The notes: generated by a model not told the origin, from the sequence alone. Positions 11,120 through 36,913 are shown, numbered from the stretch's first letter. The stretch is DNA of 64,000 nucleotides from Antedon mediterranea (GCF_964355755.1 NC_092671.1:9486001-9550000); one strand, 5' to 3'. Numbers and translations are program-made.

Positions 11120-12716
11120 GTGAGTAGGCCTAGGCCTATATTATTTGTTATTGTTCATGTTGTTCCATTTTTATCATGTATTTTACTATATTACCGTATA
11201 TGGCTGAAGACAAAGACAAAGGACCCAGTCAGCTCAGCAGCGAGGCTAGAGATTGGCCTAATTAACTAGCCTACTATAGTACTAGAGAGAGAGGCTGTCT
11301 TTAGCTTGTTTATTAATTACTAATACTAATAGAGTCTGGCCTAGCCCTAACATAGGCCCTAGTAGTACTAGAAATAGAGAGAAGGAGGACCTACTCTAGA
11401 TAGCTAAGCCTATCTAGCAGATCATAGGCCTACTACTAGGCAATGTTTTTTAGTAATAGTAGGCCTATGTTGGCCTCTAGGGCTAGGCCTAGCCTAGATA
11501 GGTGGAATAGCCTATTGTCCATTTTGCCTTGGCTTAGCCTTATATTAGTGCTAGGCCTAGGCTTGACCTATACAGTGTTTAATTCTTAATAATAATTAAG
11601 TAAAGGTGTGTCTAAAAGTAGTCTAGGTCTATCCACATGTGGTCAACCAAACATTATAATTAATAAATAATTATAGAATAGGCCTAGGCACAGTCGACCG
11701 TGTAAATTCATGTTTATCTTAGCAGCAAGGTCAACTGTGCGTCTAATGCCTTGTTTGCGATTGGCAGCAAAATCGACCTTGCTCCTTCTTATTCTATGTT
11801 GTCTTATTGGCACAGCCACGGTGAACTATACCACAGTCACAAAGATGACCACGGCAATAGAAAACTGTGTGTGGACCAGGAAACGCACATTCATTGTAGA
11901 TAGGAAATGTCTTTTTGGCATTGATTGGCACGGAAGCAACTTCCAGTATTAACATGATATTGCTTTGTGGTTTAAATATTGTCTTATACACAGTGTATAC
12001 TTTTTTTAATTGATGTTCCAATAGTACTAGCCAACATACATACATGCATTGCATTTTTTGGCAAATAAAGATTTCTCCTGGGTCTGGCTAGTGAGTGCAC
12101 AGCCCTTTTACTGTAAGGTCATTTTTATAGGTTAAGCCACTATATAGGCCCATTATTTGCTATTTGATCTATTTACAGATTAACCTGATGGGAAAATGTT
12201 TTTAAACATTACTTGGCATGAATAGTAGTAACTGTACACTATATTGACATTTTTAAAGTACAATGTTAACCTATAAGTTTACTGTATGTTGAATTAGCAT
12301 ATTAAGCTGGTTTATTGGATTTAAATTTATGAAAAATACAGCAAGTATGAACAAATGAATCCTGATCATTAATAGCAATCGATATTATATTGTAAACAGT
12401 GTTATCTTTAATGTACCAACTGTTAGAGATAGATCATAAGTATACAGTAGATATACCTATTGAAATTTTATCAGTGAAGTACAATAGCAGAGCGCCAGAA
12501 AATGCTATTATATAATCTATTAAGTTAAATATAGTAATCTACTGTGTACCGTATGCCGTGGTTGTGACTGATTTCAGTCATGTGATAATTGTGATTCGTA
12601 TTAATATTATTAATACTGTTACTGTATATTCACATTTCACAAACTGTAGCTATAAAACACACAGTACACAGTTTGACTAGGAGTGTTTTTTTTCCGTTAG
12701 GAATGGGGAGATCAAG

Positions 12717-15700
12717 ATGAATTTGAAAAACACACGCACACGTTCGTTTATACTTTTCTGCTACATCTGTTTAGTAGTTGGCGTTAAAGAAATATCCGAA
12801 AACAGGTTTCATGAGACTCCTGGTCACTCCTACCGACCAAAAAAAGGCATAGACAATCACACATTAGGTCATTTGTATGAAGAAGAAAGTCTAAAATTAA
12901 TTTTTACCAAACATGGTAAAAACGGGACTATGGACTATGAAGCCTTTCAAGATTTTATAATACACCTTGGACTTGGAAATAAACCAGATGAATCGCATGA
13001 TGATCATGATCATGAAGATCACGATGATCATGATCATCAAAATCACAACGACCATAATCATCACAATCACATTGATCATGTGGAAAATAGAAAAGTCAAG
13101 CGGGTGGTTCCACATGTAAATGACACATCAAATGTACATGGTGCGATTAATCAGGTAAAGTATAGAATTCTAATATCAACATTATGAACAATTATTTTAC
13201 TTTTAAAATGTTTTTTTTTAACCCTGTCCATACAGCTGTAGTAAATTATAATGTATGAGAGTGAGACCCTTAATGCAAAACTGTTGCCAATATTAAACAT
13301 AGAATAGATTTTTTACATACACATCCTTTCCTATGTAATCACAATTTGCAGAACCTAAATTATTGTCCCACTCGTAAGATTTCTCTTTTCCATCGTGAAA
13401 TGCACTTTTTTCATCCCAAAAAACACCACTAAAATTAAAGTTAAATATAAAAAAAAATTGTTTAAATAGTGTCTACCAGCTAAGGAACTGTATCAAAGCC
13501 TTGAAACGAGTGCTCCTGTGACAAAAGAAGACTTGTTGACGATCTGCCCAGTTCTTTTACATCAGTTGGATACTCAAGCCTGTAACCAAAAGAAAGTAAA
13601 GACAGAGGAAAAAATTCCAGTTAAACAAGGTACGTTTAGTATTAACTAGAAATAACTGATCAATTAACTCAATCTATTAATTGATTTCTGAGTAAAAATT
13701 TCAATTTATGATTACGAATAAGAATCAATAATAATGAATAAGAATCAATAATAATGTGAATCAATTTGAAACTACAGTAAAATATCACATTGAAACATGC
13801 ACACATTTCGGTCTATAACGCTCTGCATTCAACTAGTGGTAGTGTGTGCCAATGCGTATACAATAAAATTAGTATATGCCTTGCATGATCACTACAATGC
13901 CTGATCACATGGGCAACATATGTGCATCATGTCATTCAGAAATCATGCTGGGAGTGTCCGCAAATTGTGATTTCGACCATGGCATGCATTAGGTTATGCA
14001 CAGTTCATTTGTATGCGTACACAAATTTATATTTGCCCACATTTCACAAGTTATCACATGATCCCTGCATTGTCACACACAGAATGTGAAGCGGTTCGGG
14101 ACCAAAATTCATGCACTTAGTACTCCAATACTGAAACAAAGGATTCATTATTTCAACATTATTTGATTTGTTAAATATTTATTTCACAAATAAATTATTA
14201 TTTAATGTCAAGGTTAACCCGTTTCATTTTATCTGTTTAGTATGGGGCTATAGTTTTGCGTCCGTCACCATCATCAGCCTGGTGTCCATCACTGGTATTC
14301 TACTTGTACCATGCACTAAACGTTATCCAGTTATATATACCAATCTCATATCATTCCTCGTAGCAGTTGCTATTGGCGCCCTCATGGGTGACGCTCTTCT
14401 TCATCTATTACCACATGTATGTATATCTGTTCATTTCTATTTTTTGGAAAGTGATATTAATACTAGTTAAAAATTGCTCCACAGAAAGTTTAGTTAAATA
14501 GTAATTAATAATTAAAAATCCTAAATTTACAATGCAAATATAGGACGTTATGTTCAGTTTAACACGTCATTTATACAGCTGTACCCCCACGTATATGCCC
14601 CCACCCTGCAAACTACGTAATGTCGTGCTTTAAACAACTTGGTTTTTGTTTCAACCTAATCAGGAGATTAAACGCAATGTAAAGACACCATGGATAGGTT
14701 TAATACAGTTCAATTGATTGTCAAACAAAGATTTATCGCGATAGGTTAAAAGTTGTGTTTATTTATTGAACTACCTGTTCATCGTGTTTATATGTAGGAG
14801 GATTTGATAAAAATATTGTCAGAATGAGCAAAGTATCATTCATAGTATTATTCAACTAGAGAGCGAACAGAGATTATTTAAAATGGCAGCCGCATCTGTT
14901 CAAAAACCTTTAGAAAATGAATAAATTAAAAATATTAAACCGCAATAATTAGATCAATACTTATAGTTTTTGCAAGATAAGTATATTGTTTATGGTAATT
15001 AACTTAAATTATTTTAAAGTACTTTTTTATTGATTTGATTTGACTGTAATTTTTCTTTTACGAAACTGTACTACTGTACTTTAAAACACAGTACTGTACA
15101 CTACTGTACTACTGAAATAGATAATGGTATACAGAATGAATAAACATTTTTGGAGTATACGCTCCAATTAATACACTCTGCAAGTGGCCAACATAGGTGT
15201 AGTAGTGTCTGCGGCATCAAACTGGCTTATCTGATTGCCCAATTGAGGATGCAACCTTATTGGGTGGTCCCCTCTCCACAGTGACTCTTTGAGCTGTGAT
15301 TGTATTGGATGGAGTTGTCACTCTAGTTGTATTAATGGTAATAGCCTTATGTTTGAATACTTAAAGACACCTTCCCTACAACTTGTGACGTTTTGTAAAA
15401 ATAATACATATATATTACTTTAAAAACATTAAAACCAGGTCATTCTTTGTCTTAAATGTACGTTTTATGGTAAATTATGATAACAAGTGAGAAACAATGC
15501 ACTACCTAAGTAGCTCGCTGCGACTGACCTTTCGTGGACGGTCTTTAGGCCTAGCCTAGCTAGGCTTACAGTAGTTTTGTAGTCCTAGCTGGTAAACATC
15601 GGTAACGTACGAACATCATACGCTAGCTATATACCTAGCCTGACGTTGTTGCATTAATTGTCTTTCTATTTTTGCCAGACTCCGTTGATACAAATTGGGG

Positions 15701-18700
15701 AAAACCCGGTATTTTCGCTGAAAAGTTAGAAGTCTTCCATTTGTTTTGGCCTCACGGTTGATCGAAAAGTAGGTGATTACAGAAAAAACCCAGAAATATC
15801 AATCCACGCGCAATGCATTTTGGGATTTATAGCGGGCCGCTATAATTATTAGAATCGACTTATTTTTCACATTTTTAACCATTTAAAGGCGAAAAAAGTT
15901 ATCGCAATAGGACCATTATAGTATTATTTTCACATTAAATATAGTTTGTGATCTTAAAATAGATCTAAAAAACGTAGGGAAGATGTCTTTAAAGCTCAGG
16001 TACAGGCATGAATTTTAAATTTAATATAGGATTAAATGTACATAAAACTAATATTTGTAACAGAAATCACAACGAAAAAACATGAATTTCCTTTAAAATG
16101 GCCAAATACAAAATTTGGAAAAATTCTGCTCTAAAAGCCAGACAGATGTTTTTTCAGACTTAGGTAGTTTAACTAATGTATTACACCCTCCCCCCCCCCC
16201 CCCCCACTGATAAGAAAGTGCTTATTTTCAACAAAATTGTGTAGCACAAAAAATTCCAAAAGTCATGAAATAGCGGAAATTATAGATCGATTATTTAATT
16301 AGAATGCATGATCAATAGAAATATTTTGCCTGCACCTGGCCTTTAACTTAATGGAAACAACTAAAAAAAACTATAATGCTAAAAAATGTACTAGATTTAT
16401 GGGTTATAAAAAGTTACATTGGGATAAAAACATAAATTTCTTGGCTGCTAATGGTATAGCATTTACTAATTACACTCCAGAGAAGTATCTGTTATGGTTA
16501 TTTAAAAACTAGATACCACCACCTGTACTAATATATCAAGCCCTGCTTAAAAAACACAATGGACTAAAAATTATCATGAATTTAATACTGTAGCTCTTGA
16601 ATGATGCACTCTCTTGCATACAAGGCGTCCAGGATTGTTCACAGTGGGGCTTGATGAAAAGAGGCCCAGGGGTAAATTGTTACGGTGTGACAGTGTTGGT
16701 ACAGTATCTAAGGCAAATTGCTAGGCTAGTTCTAAGGCCCTGTTTCTGCTGCCAGAAGTATATCTTATACACGATATATCTTATACACGATATATCTTAT
16801 ACGTTTTTTTGGCAGCAGAAATGGGTCACATAAAAACATACCATGTATTTTATATTGTATACCATATAAATATCTTGATTGTTTGTGGATATTTTACGGT
16901 ATATTTCAATATATACCGTATATTGTGTAACCCATTTCTGTTCCCTTAAAAATATATCGTAAATTTTTTTACCCATGACTGGTGACGTGTTTGGTGGGAT
17001 GGACTTTATACCGTTGTTTTGAGACATTTGCAGCAGAAACAGGCTCTGAGTATATATGTATAGTATTTATATGTAGAGTTTTTTGTTTTTAATAAAATTA
17101 ATAAAATCATTGAGCTTGCAATGACTGAGAAATTAGGGGGATTTATTGTGATTTTGACAATGAAAATAAACTATAAACAAATATGGACATACAAAATACA
17201 CTATTTTGAGCATATCAAATATGGTAAACCATATGTGAATTACGTACTTCTTTTGATTTTCATTTTCTATTGATGTAATGATGGTTTGTTTATTAATTAT
17301 AGTCATATGGTGTTCATAGCCACAAAGGGCATGATGAGGGTGACGAAGAGGGTGCAACAAAAGCGTCTACCATTGTTTGGAGGGGTACGGTAGCACTTGC
17401 TGGTATACTACTATTTTTCACATGTGAGAAATGTATGCACGTTTTTAAAGAAAGAGAATCCCACAAAAAATCCAACAAAACAAAGGTAAGACCATTGAGA
17501 TTATCAAAACCAAATAATTAAAACAAATCCCCAGTGTAGCCAAACTTATTTTTATTCTACAGATGTTGTGTTTAAACATATTATTTGAATAATTTCATAA
17601 TACAATTAAATTATAAATGTGTATGTTGTGTTTAAACATATTATTTGAATAAATTTCATAATAAAATTAAATTAAAAATGTGCATGCCATTATATGATAT
17701 CAATTCAGTGCATTTTCTCACATCATCCAACTTTATTTTGATTTGAAATAGAATTAATCTAAGTTTGATTCAATTTATTTGTTAAAATTAATAAATAAAT
17801 ACTAATAATATAATTCTATGTATTGAAATGTAATATTGTGGTATTTTGTTTTGTTTCCCAAAATATTATAATATTTAATTAAATTTAGTGGTACTGTAAT
17901 ATGTTATTATTAGATGTGGCTTCAGCAAATATTTAACATCAAATAAAACACAAATTATTTCCTCCATAGTATTAAGTTTCATGTAGTTACTGCCTAAATT
18001 ATCTACATAATAGTTAGTGAACCTTATCAACATGCTTAAACAAACACTTTGGTGTGAACCAGACCTGTTAAAATATGAAATGAATAAATTATGCTAATTC
18101 GCATGTTCCTAATTTACTAGGACTCAAGTAATGATGAAGTTGATAAAAATAAGAAGCCTGCTGAAGAACCTTTGATAAACAGACAGCCATTAATAACAGG
18201 TACTGTACTATTTTAAACAAATTTTTCTGCTGAAATATGCACAAAAAAAATAAAATTTAATTGACCTCATTTCTGCTTTAAATATTCCCAAATGTACAAT
18301 AGTAGAGTAGAAGTATGTCAGAGTTAAAGGTCTGACCAATTATCCATTTAAGAATATTTGAAATATGTTCTGTTTCTGATTGTAATGGAACCAATATTCC
18401 TGTAATAAAATATATAATGTGACTGAGAATATCAGTTTGACTAAAATATAAATTGACAGCTATCATTTTCAATTGGACCCAAAATCAGTTTGAATTATCT
18501 ATATTATATATAGAAAAATGTTGAGCATTTTTCAGGTATTTTCACTATTTTCCTTTTTCCAAATAAACACCTGCCTTTTCATTCAATTTATCACCACAAA
18601 ATATCTGTGAGCATACTGTATATTATAATAATAATAATACTGTAATAAAATCTTTATTTTAAAACGGAGGCTCGTTCACAACAAAATGTGTTCTTCCACA

Positions 18701-21004
18701 AAGCCGTATGAAACAAATAAACTACAATATCACAATTATCAAAAAACTGATGAACAAACAAGAAAATTATACATTAAATAAAGAAGAAAGTATATAAAAT
18801 GTATATTAATGGATTAATAGATTTTCTGTAGGCCAATATTTTTTTGTGCCATGCTCAAATTCAAATAAAAGTAGTCAGTGGTTTCTGTAACAAATAGCAG
18901 GGGCTAAATAAAATGGACAAGTTTAACTTAAACCTTAAATCTGCACACTGCATTACACAGAATTAGTTTTAAGTCCTTACAGGAAAAGACTAGAAGTGTG
19001 GACTTGAACCTGGGCTAATTCTATACCATGTCTGTGGCCTGTCTTAATTGCACTCAACTGCACACTGTAATAATTATACTTGTATACAATAATGTATTAA
19101 TTAAAATGTTAACAATTGTTGATCATAATATCCCATAGGTTGTCGTTCAGTAACACAAGGGATGAAGTTCAAACGACTGAGTATACAAAACCATAACGAT
19201 GCACACCTTATACATATACACAATGACACACAGATACACCAGTTATATGAAAGCAGTGACATTCCAATGGTAAAGTTGGAATGCGGTGAGGACACTTGCG
19301 ATATCCCATGTGAAGATTCCACGTGCCCGGAAGGACAGTGCGAGAATCAGGATGAAGTATGTAATGAAGTTGTACAAATCGTTCAATTAGAACCGTCAGT
19401 TCATATAGAACAAACTGAAGCTAAAGAAGATGATGAAAGAAGCTTAGGGCACGGACATAGTCATAAACATAGCCACGGTCACGGCCATAGCCACGATCAC
19501 AGCTTTACTGGTGGAATAGCGACAGTGGCTTGGATGGTGATAATGGGGGATGGTTTACATAATTTCTGTGATGGTATTGCTATCGGTGCTGCATTTGCTA
19601 ACAGTATAACAGGAGGTATAAGTACATCAATTGCCATCTTCTGCCATGAACTGCCACACGAAATAGGTTAGTGTTGCAAATAATTGTATACTGTGTTTTA
19701 ATGTGATGATACTGTAGTACAATACATTGTACAATTTGTAAAGTATATGTACTTGTAATAGTAGTATAGTTCATTGATATCTTCTGACACTAAATTCCAA
19801 TATAAAGCAATGTTGTTTACCAACTCCAGTGTCTTCTGACGTACGGACCTCTCTTCCTATCTTGCATGCCATTATTTATTCAGCTGTGTAACCGGTGTCC
19901 TTTTGTAGAAAACTTGCATTATCGTTCAGATGAACTCATGCCCAAGTCTTCAGGACATCGGTTCTGACACTACAATACTCTTGTAATTTTTTTTTTGCTT
20001 CCTTTTGACAATATACTGTAAGGCTTGTGATGACATTTCAGACAATACTTTTTAAAAAGTGAATTACAGATTATTTGTAAAGCCATTAAATAATAGAAAT
20101 CACAGAGAATATTAACTGTTTTGATTCTATAGGAGATTTTGCTGTAATGTTGAAATCTGGTATGTCAGTAAAGAAGGCACTAGCTTACATGGGGTTATCA
20201 TCGTTTCTTGCTTACATCGGCATGATACTGGGCGTGGGTGTTGGCAATATAGAAGAAGCTAACCTGTGGATATTTGCCATGACTGGTGGCATGTTTCTTT
20301 ACATAGCTTTAGTAGACCTGGTAAGTATGGCATTTAGTAGTAGTGGCACTGCAAATACAAGTTGTAGATACAACGGGGTGGAGTGAATTTTAGAAAGAGA
20401 TTTAAGCCTGTTTTCCTGTCCACGTTATTCGACGCTATTGTCGTTGATCATTAACAGTTAACATCGACAGGAAAACAGGCTTTAAGCACCTTAAGGAATG
20501 GGACAGAAGAGCAAAAATAAATAGGCAAAGGTGGCTTCACGATGGGGCCCAGCCCCGCTAATTTACGCAAATTGTAATGCAAAAGATAGGATACTAATTT
20601 CAGTTTGGCACCTAAAATTTGCCATTCTTAGGCCCTACTAATCCTGGATCCGTCACTGAAGGAGGGAGTCTGAATTATCACCTAGTTTTTTATGTTGGAG
20701 GCCTAGAGAGAGATAAGAGTTTATCCAATTTAATTAAGTAGGATTCTGTTACTGTTTTTGTTTGGCGAGGTTAATATGCTCTACTGTACTTTAGAATTGT
20801 CTTTAAATAAAAATATTTTATAACATGTTAAAATATTATTCAGTTGCTTACTTAATAATCTGGTTTCAGCTTCCAGAGTTGCTGGAGAGTACAAATATCC
20901 ACTTCCATTCAGTAGCACTTCAAACGCTTGGAGTTGTGGTTGGTGTTGGGATTATGATCATCATTGGTCTGTATGAAGAAACTATTCAACAGGCATTAGA
21001 CTAA
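12717..21004 (+). CDS. SLC39A10: Zinc importer, LIV-1 subfamily, ZIP6/ZIP10 (SLC39A10-like), 8 coding exons
   Basis: Exons 12717-13154, 13470-13629, 14241-14416, 17303-17485, 18121-18199, 19139-19666, 20133-20320, 20870-21004, all GT-AG and phase-consistent. Signal peptide, His-rich ectodomain, [13 protein letters not shown] (CPALLY motif), [31 protein letters not shown]. Confidence 0.93.
15187..15345 (+). repeat. Interspersed repeat (SINE-like); related copy at about 32680-32820
   Basis: Both share AACA(T/C)AGG(T/C)GTA.TAGTGTCTG...AGGATGCAACC...CTCTCCA.AGTG.CTC...TTTGAGCTGTGAT...TGGAGTTG...CTCTAGTTGTAT. Confidence 0.65.
15365..15988. mobile_element. Non-autonomous Kolobok-like element
   Basis: TTAA TSD (15361-15364 and 15989-15992); TIR AGACACCTTCCCTAC / GTAGGGAAGATGTCT. 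Confidence 0.78.
15993..16342. mobile_element. Second Kolobok-like element abutting the first
   Basis: TTAA at 15989-15992 and 16343-16346; TIR AGCTCAGGTACAGGCA / TGCCTGCACCTGGCCT. Confidence 0.65.
16736..17046. mobile_element. MITE, PIF/Harbinger-like
   Basis: TIR GGCCCTGTTTCTGCTGC / GCAGCAGAAACAGGCTC flanked by TAA and TGA; internal 16 bp tandem (TATATCTTATACACGA) and inner TIR-like copies. Confidence 0.6.
17563..17683 (+). repeat. Tandem duplication of about 60 bp
   Basis: ATGTTGTGTTTAAACATATTATTTGAATAA(A)TTTCATAATA.AATTAAATTA.AAATGTG occurs twice. Confidence 0.85.
20405..20482. mobile_element. Small hairpin MITE
   Basis: AGCCTGTTTTCCTGTC ... GACAGGAAAACAGGCT inverted repeat with TTA/TAA flanks. 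Confidence 0.6.
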
Positions 21005-23302
21005 TTGTGTATACAATGTCCTGATTAAACATCGTCTTATAATATGTACAGTCATCCAATAGATTCTATATAAGATGACAAGAGATGCGAGGGTTTTGGA
21101 TGTCGCCTACATAGAGATAACTACAGTACCTTTTTCAAAATGATAATACACAATCTAAGATTGGCTTTGAATCGAAAGCTTGGATATAATCCATCTTGTT
21201 TTTTTTGATAGGATAGTAGTAGTCGTAGTAGTAGTATACAAGTTATATTTTTAGTTATTCATGCCATTTATGACTGTACAAATTGATGTTAGTGATGTCA
21301 AAGGTCAACATATATCTAAGAATGTGCATTGTATTCTTGCCATAGTTTGTTACTCATTAATTAATAAGAAATAAAATACCTAAAGCTTAATGTGCTCAGA
21401 AGTAAGTACTGTGCTCAATATATTATTAGTATTGTAATTAGTGTATATAAAGTAGTCGTTTTCACACATGTCAATCAATGTTTTGCATTAAAAATCTCAC
21501 ACCAAATTTTAAGTCAATGTTACAAGTTCCTATATTGGCAAAGTGAGCTCATGTGCCTTGGTTTGTCGCTAGATACTGTACGATAGCTAGCTGCTTTGGC
21601 CAGTGTAGTTTCGATTCAATATACTGTATATACACATGTTCCTATATAACCATTAAAGAGACACAGGTTAAATGCTTTTAATGTACTACTGTTCCACAAT
21701 AAGTACCTCAATCTTCAGATGGTGCTATAACAGAATTCCGCTCACTGATAATACAGAAATCTGACTATAGTATTAACATATTAATCATGATAAATATTAT
21801 TAATGTATTGCAATAAATATTACTAAAGATTAATACAGTACAACATGGATATATTTGTGTAAAGTTATGTTATATTAAGTTAAATTAGAACAAAACAGAG
21901 ATAAATGAGGACAAAACAGAGTATTATTGGATCTGAGTAACTTTTGAAGGAATCTCAAAACTTCAAGAAAAAAAGATAGAATGGAATCATCCGAGATGAA
22001 ATTGTTGATTTTATTGTATTTATAGACAGGTTTTATAAAAGGGCATGTTTAGGTTTTTACAAAGTATGTGTATGTACAGCATACATTGTTTAGTTGTGCT
22101 AAATAGAAGGAGAAATTCTCAGCCAGTTGTTTAGTGATGATAGTTGCTATAAGATAGAGTACAGATGAAATGTCAGAAATAGTGTATGTGGGGTCATTCA
22201 TGAATTTTTGTGAAATATACAGGAATGCTGAAATATACAGGAATGCCTGGACTTTTTTTCAGGTTTAGTAAGTTTTTTCTTCCTTTTAATCCCCAGCAGC
22301 ATTAATTTGGACGATGCTACATTATTGAGAATGTCAATACTTGCATTTCAATTTCAAACTTTTACTTTTCATAAATTAAGATCAATACAAAAAGTAGTAA
22401 TTTATATCAAAACAAAACTTGTACAAATTCTAATGCATGCCTATTATACTGCACTACAGTAAGATATTTTTATGTACTGTATTTATGTCTGTGATGTTTT
22501 TATTGAAAATCAGCTACAATAAATATTAGCCAAATTATGTGTGGTTGTGTTTTTGTTTTATTAAATGATTTCATGTAAAAACTCATCTGGACTGACTGGA
22601 TGCCTACATCCCGACCAAAAGTCAATACAATATAGGTTATATAATGTAAGGAAAACATTAATGTACAGGCAGTACTACCTATAGCAGTCAGGCAAATGTC
22701 AGCTATGTCAAGACACTGTTTTTGCTAATCAGTCTCCAGGTACCAATAAATTACAATGAAAAGGATCACCCTATAGATTTTAATGGTCTTATGGTCACCG
22801 CATATTCATCTCTTATAAACATGACATCAATAGAGAGTGCTGTTCAATTTAGTTTATCGAACACAGTTAAATGCCATATATATGATGTGACTAAACACGT
22901 TTGGCTGTGATGATTTCATACAAATTTACAGACAGATGATATACAACATATTTAAAATGACAATACACTTCAGATTCAGAAAAAAATAGATTAGACATTT
23001 AGGTGTTTATTTGTGGCTTTCCTCCGAATGTAATTTTAGCAGTAATGAAAGAATTGAACCAAAATTGTACACATTCTCCGTTCTTCATAAAATGTAGGCG
23101 AAGGCACACTCGCAGCCAAATGTTGTTGGCTCTTTAGGTACGATAAACGGCGCCCCTGCATTAACCGCTCGGCTCAAACAATTATCGTTATCGTAACTAA
23201 TTGTGTATATTGAATGACTGACAAGTCTATTATTCTCACAGTAAACAATATTAATTAACAGCTTTACACATAAATTTAACGTCTATTCACATCTTGCATA
23301 TT

Positions 23303-35916
<12,614 letters not shown>

Positions 35917-36369
35917 CTCTTCTATTAATCTGCATACGCACAGTACACATGTTTTTTAACTTGTTTTGATATAGCGCCCTCTGTAGACAAACATTATTTA
36001 TTCATGTATTGATTTTTTTTCCAACTGCTGTACCATTTTATTATTTTCTAGCCAGCTATGTCCCAAGAGGACATATTCATTAAGAAGATTTTTCATCGCA
36101 GTAGCTATAGTTCTAAGGCCGACAGTTTTGCGACTCTGTAAACTCGACTTATAGGTCCCAGCTTTTGGACCCAAAAAACGTCTGGGAAAAGAGTCTATGA
36201 GGGCTCAAGGTTGAACGATTTTGGATTCTCGCCCTTTGATTGGTTGACGCGAATCAACAGACTGTGGAAGAATTTCTCACTTGTGTACCACTGTGAAGTC
36301 ACGTTGGCTCTAGAGGGTATTCAGTTGCATGCCTACACGTTGAGGTCACACACACACACAGCACATTAA

Positions 36370-36913
36370 AGATGTATATTGTCCCTTTGACTAATTCTAA
36401 AAAAATAAAAAATAAAAGATTTCGAAAAAAGGTGGCTCATTTTGAAGTATCATAATAATTATTAACTATCAAAAAACATTTTTCGAAAAAAAAAATAATT
36501 TAACTGAAATACAGATGTTTTTTTGTTAAAAAAATAACTTTGACTTCCAGTCAACGTTTCAATCAAAACATATCCCATAATGAAACGCGCTTGTTTGGCT
36601 ACTCTGTATGCATAATCATAAAACTTCCTTATGATCTGTGTGAAAATACATTCTCAACCGTGACGAGTTGTAAACAATCCTAATTAGCATATGCATAATG
36701 CGTACTCATGGTTTGAAATCTTTGTTTACTTTCGCTCGCGACGATTTTCCAGATGAAATGTAATTAAACTAATTTACCTGTTAATTACGTAAACTTGTTG
36801 TTTTTAGCTCGAATTTTGAATAACTTTAATATTACTTTGATATGGCCACTTTAAATTAAATTAAATTTAAATTTTGACCTTCATTTTTTTGTGTTTCAAG
36901 GGACAATACATCT
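36370..36913. mobile_element. Non-autonomous Kolobok-like element upstream of DHX29
   Basis: TTAA TSD (36366-36369 and 36914-36917); TIR AGATGTAT(AT)TGTCCCTT / AAGGGACAATACATCT. Confidence 0.75.

Noticed and set aside
13798-19065. Additional TGCRCNC matches in ZIP introns (13798, 16605, 18942, 19049, 19059)
   Set aside because: The 7 bp core is expected by chance every few kb and these lack promoter context, so they are not called as MREs.
23095-23200. GC-rich patch in the DHX29 3' region with an A-box-like GAGCCGAGCGGTTAATGC on the minus strand
   Set aside because: No B box or cloverleaf can be built, so a tRNA or SINE call is not supported.
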